From the NCBI GenBank assembly GCA_023136205.1, contig JAGLRQ010000026.1, forward strand, positions 1-17,532: a DNA stretch of 17,532 nucleotides. Direction: 5' to 3'. Below are positions 14,664 through 17,532 of this stretch, piece by piece. The notes beneath the pieces were generated by a model, which saw nothing but the letters and a program-made list of their open reading frames with translations, was not told where the DNA came from and did not search any database. Numbering within the stretch: the first letter of the stretch is position 1; the number at the start of each line of letters is the position of its first letter. Source of the stretch: Candidatus Auribacterota bacterium. Lineage in GTDB: Bacteria; Auribacterota; UBA6266. The position numbers and the translations under genes were made by a program.

Positions 14664-15263
14664 TTATGACAAAATCTTCACCAGTGTTAATTCTAAAACC
14701 TTTCGCGCTGACTCTTTAAGCGTAAGCCGTGTTGTATCTATGATTAAATCCGGATCTTCCGGTTCTTCATATGGTGAAGTAACGCCGGTAAAATTATCGA
14801 TTTCGCCTTGCGCGGCTTTTTTATATAGGCCTTTGGGGTCTCTTTGCGCGCATGTTTCAGGACTTGCTTTTATGTACACTTCTATGAAGCCGTCCTTTTC
14901 GGCCTTTGTTTTCGCGAACTCCCGCATTTTTCTATAAGGTGAAATAAATGATACGAGAGTGATCAATCCCGCGTCTTTAAATAATGCCGCGGCTTCAGCT
15001 ATCCTCCGGATATTTTCGTTTCTATCTTCTTCGGAAAAGCCAAGATCAGAGTTTAGGCCATGTCTGATATTGTCTCCATCCAGTCTGTAAACAGCTTTTC
15101 CTCTCGCGTTCAATTCTTTTTCCAGCTCCACAGCTATTGTTGACTTGCCCGAACCGGAAAGCCCGGTGAACCAAACCACCAGGCCTTTCTGATTAAGCAA
15201 GCGGCAGCGCTCATTATAAGTAACTTTGCCTTTGTGCCATTTAAGGTTTGAGTTGTTGTTCAT
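14664..15263 (-). CDS. cysC: Adenylylsulfate (APS) kinase
   Basis: Near-canonical motifs: P-loop VVWFTGLSGSGKSTIA, LDGDNIRHGLNSDLGFSEEDRNENIRR, FISPYR, and lid KGLYKKAAQGEIDNFTGVTSPYE. I prefer ATG 15263 (MNNNSNLKWHKG...), which has GGAG 4 nt upstream. The track's GTG at 15281 would overlap cysN by 7 nt. Confidence 0.95.
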   Translation of the reverse strand: MNNNSNLKWHKGKVTYNERCRLLNQKGLVVWFTGLSGSGKSTIAVELEKELNARGKAVYRLDGDNIRHGLNSDLGFSEEDRNENIRRIAEAAALFKDAGLITLVSFISPYRKMREFAKTKAEKDGFIEVYIKASPETCAQRDPKGLYKKAAQGEIDNFTGVTSPYEEPEDPDLIIDTTRLTLKESARKVLELTLVKILS

Positions 15264-15274
15264 GTTTCTCCGGA

Positions 15275-17050
15275 TCACCACGGACTAAATATCAATCCCC
15301 TGCGCCGCAGCATTTCTTTAATGGTATCCGCAGCTTTTTCCTCCGACTCAAGAAAAGGTATATGCAAATCATACGCGATATCCGTTGATACGTCCTCGCC
15401 AAGCCATACCGTCTCTATCATATCAGGGTTAACCGTTGTTTTGATAATCTCCAGGTCGTCCTGCCCCAGGCCTATTGCTGTTACAATCAGTATGGTCCCC
15501 GCGTCAAGCAGAATATGCGATACCTCGGCAAGCCTTCTCAAATGTTCTTCCCTATTATTCTGACTGCCTTTTATATCAGCGTCCACACCATACAGAACAT
15601 TGCCTATGCCGAGAAAATAGACAAACCTTCCGTCATTAAACAGTTTTTGTTCCAATGCTTTTGCCAGCCTTTTCTTCCCTGTGTCTTTCTGCCCGGTTAT
15701 AAGAATAAGCGTAGGTTTCTGGTTATATCTTTCCGCTCTTCTTCCAGGCGGGATAGTTGTGCTTTCCCATTTATAATTACGGAGCATCACTTTCTCGCGG
15801 ATCCGGCTCTGTTTATCTTCCAGTGCCTCCCGGATAATTCCGCCGCCTGCTATTTCATAATTGTCTACGATAACAAAACGGCTTGTGCCGGAAAATTCAT
15901 GGACAAGATCAAATGCAATGGCTCTATTGGCCTTTAATACGCATTCGGCAACATCATGCCTTTCTATCCGTTCTTTTACCGCATTGCCGAGGTTTGACGC
16001 GTCAATGATATTCGCTATCCCTTCCAGTTTTACCTCTACCTTTGCCGTACCCACTTTTAAATAATATGTTTTCTTCTTTTCCATTGGATCCCTGCTTAAC
16101 CAGAATAAATCAGCCTTTATCCTTGAGGTAACCGCCGGTTTTCTCTGGGATTCAAGAGAAGCCATTTCTCCCCTGCTAATATATATCTGTTCCTCCAGTG
16201 TGAACCCGGCCGCGTATCCCGCGTTTATGGAACCAGAGGCTTCCCTGTTAAAAAGTTCTATTGATTTGACCGTACTTTTCTTCCCTGACGGGTAAAATAC
16301 TACTTTATCCCCGGCGCTTATCTTTCCTGACTCGATGGTTCCCGCCACAATTCTTCTGTCATCGCCGTCTCTGGTGAATTTATAAACATCCTGTACAGGC
16401 ATCCGAAACGGTTTATCTTTCGGCTGTTCCTCTGTCTCAAACGAATCTAATATATCCAGCACTGTCTTTCCCTTATACCATTTCATATTGTCTGAATTCG
16501 CGGCAATGGTATCGCCTGTTACTCCGCTTACCGGTATAAACGCGTGGGGGGTGATGTTTATTTTCTTTAAAAAGCGGGTATATTCCAACACAATCGCGTT
16601 AAATACTTTTTCATCATAGCCGACCAGATCCATCTTATTTACCAGTATTGCTACCTGTTCAACGCCGAGCATTGACAACATATACCCGTGCCGGCGGGAA
16701 TTCTCCCGTACACCCTCATTGGCGTCGATCACCAGCAATGCCGCTTCGGCTCTTGAAGCACCGGTTACCATGTTTTTCAGAAATTCTATATGCCCGGGCG
16801 CGTCAATGATGATGTAATCCCTTTTGCGGGTTTTAAAGAAGCAGCGCGCCGCATCAATCGTGATTCCCTGTAACTGCTCGTCTTTGAGCGCGTCAAGGAG
16901 AAACGCGTACTCAAAAGGCCTGGAATTACGCCGGCACTTCTCTTTTACCTGTTCTAATTTTCCCTCAGGCAATGAGTGTGTGTCCGCCAAAAGCCTTCCG
17001 ATGATGGTACTTTTACCGTGATCAACATGGCCTACTATTACAATATTCAT
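15275..17050 (-). CDS. cysN: Sulfate adenylyltransferase subunit 1 (GTPase) fused to a degenerate APS-kinase-like C-terminal domain
   Basis: GTPase motifs G1 [10 protein letters not shown]3 DAPGH and G4 [25 protein letters not shown] matches the CysN switch region. The gene starts 12 nt after the cysD stop. The last 147 aa are homologous to CysC but lack its catalytic motifs (see findings). Confidence 0.92.
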   Translation of the reverse strand: MNIVIVGHVDHGKSTIIGRLLADTHSLPEGKLEQVKEKCRRNSRPFEYAFLLDALKDEQLQGITIDAARCFFKTRKRDYIIIDAPGHIEFLKNMVTGASRAEAALLVIDANEGVRENSRRHGYMLSMLGVEQVAILVNKMDLVGYDEKVFNAIVLEYTRFLKKINITPHAFIPVSGVTGDTIAANSDNMKWYKGKTVLDILDSFETEEQPKDKPFRMPVQDVYKFTRDGDDRRIVAGTIESGKISAGDKVVFYPSGKKSTVKSIELFNREASGSINAGYAAGFTLEEQIYISRGEMASLESQRKPAVTSRIKADLFWLSRDPMEKKKTYYLKVGTAKVEVKLEGIANIIDASNLGNAVKERIERHDVAECVLKANRAIAFDLVHEFSGTSRFVIVDNYEIAGGGIIREALEDKQSRIREKVMLRNYKWESTTIPPGRRAERYNQKPTLILITGQKDTGKKRLAKALEQKLFNDGRFVYFLGIGNVLYGVDADIKGSQNNREEHLRRLAEVSHILLDAGTILIVTAIGLGQDDLEIIKTTVNPDMIETVWLGEDVSTDIAYDLHIPFLESEEKAADTIKEMLRRRGLIFSPW

Positions 17051-17062
17051 AATTTTTTCAAC

Positions 17063-17532
17063 TCACATATATCCGTCTTTTCGCAAATCCTCAAGCCCGC
17101 CGCCGTCTTCTTTATCCTGCGATCTTCCGGAGCGTTCAGCTATATTCGCGAACTTTCCCGTTTTCAATTCTTCAATAATCTCTTTTACGTTTTTTGCCGT
17201 AGATTCCACGGGATCGGTGCAAGGCTCACAGCCAAGGGAACGATACCTTTTGCCTTCCCCCTGATCAAAATACAAGGACACCACAGGGATGTTTTCTCTA
17301 TTGATATATTCCCAGATATTCAGCTCTGTCCAGTCAAGCAAAGGGTGTATCCTTACGTGTGTCCCCGGGGCAAAATCCGTTTTATACTGATTCCAGAATT
17401 CCGGCGGCTGATCGCCTAAATTCCAATCATTATTTCCGTCTCTCGGGGAGAAATACCGTTCTTTTGAGCGGCTTCCCTCTTCGTCCGCCCTTACACCAAC
17501 AATCACCCCGGTGTACGGCTCAGTGCTCTTGT
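17063..17532 (-). CDS. cysD: Sulfate adenylyltransferase subunit 2, C-terminal part (5' end beyond the right edge)
   Basis: The reading frame stays open to the window edge: ...[80 protein letters not shown]. This matches the conserved C-terminal two thirds of CysD. The track's M at 17506 is an internal GTG. Confidence 0.93.
   Translation of the reverse strand, partial: KSTEPYTGVIVGVRADEEGSRSKERYFSPRDGNNDWNLGDQPPEFWNQYKTDFAPGTHVRIHPLLDWTELNIWEYINRENIPVVSLYFDQGEGKRYRSLGCEPCTDPVESTAKNVKEIIEELKTGKFANIAERSGRSQDKEDGGGLEDLRKDGYM

Noticed and set aside
14664-15281. GTG start at 15281 for cysC (track coordinates)
   Set aside because: It would overlap cysN by 7 nt and has no SD. ATG 15263 is preceded by GGAG at optimal spacing and yields a normal CysC N-terminus.
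15515-15937. 140-aa plus-strand ORF, plus neighbours 15321-15563 and 15861-16064
   Set aside because: These are shadow ORFs antisense to cysN. They have no motifs and no ribosome-binding sites.
15275-17050. Annotating this ORF as bifunctional CysN/CysC (sulfate adenylyltransferase / APS kinase)
   Set aside because: The kinase-like tail has lost the Walker A Ser/Thr, the DGD motif, the FISP motif and the lid. A complete cysC follows immediately, so I call only the CysN function.
16976-17419. 147-aa plus-strand ORF spanning the cysD/cysN junction
   Set aside because: It is antisense to two strongly supported, motif-rich genes (cysN start, cysD end). The product is low-complexity with no recognisable motif and has no SD. 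This is a typical shadow ORF.
1-17532. Mobile elements, CRISPR arrays, tRNA/rRNA genes, toxin-antitoxin or phage-defence systems
   Set aside because: There are no transposase-, integrase- or recombinase-like ORFs, no regularly spaced direct repeats, no tRNA-like cloverleaf candidates in the few intergenic regions, and no nuclease, ATPase or methylase signatures typical of defence systems. The window is fully accounted for by glycan and sulfation genes.

Overview
This is a compact bacterial surface-glycan biosynthesis locus, almost entirely on the minus strand. It holds 15 protein-coding genes, two of them cut by the window edges. I saw no rRNA, tRNA, CRISPR array, transposase or integrase. 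The right third encodes sulfate activation: cysD (partial), cysN (carrying a degenerate APS-kinase-like tail) and a genuine cysC. These are followed by a sulfotransferase and a 2x[4Fe-4S]/FrhB-like protein. A second, unrelated sulfotransferase is the only plus-strand gene and converges on them. Next comes a 523-bp divergent intergenic region containing a 22-bp perfect palindrome and an interrupted inverted repeat. A second minus-strand operon then runs through nine genes: a SAF-domain homoserine-dehydrogenase-like oxidoreductase, a GT2, a GNAT-like acetyltransferase, a fold-III PLP decarboxylase, a secreted 13-Asp-box BNR tandem propeller, a Cys-rich GT9, a Wzx-type flippase, an AsnB-like amidoligase lacking the glutaminase cysteine, and the start of another GT2. 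My best reading is a dedicated PAPS-fed, Wzx-dependent pathway for a sulfated polysaccharide that is probably also amine- or amide-decorated. I cannot name a characterised counterpart, and the chemistry is inference. G+C is visibly mosaic by hand counts: about 22-37% in the decarboxylase/GNAT and FrhB-like genes versus about 43-52% in cysN and the BNR gene. The host taxon cannot be determined from sequence alone. The frequent AGGAG-type Shine-Dalgarno sites argue against Bacteroidota.
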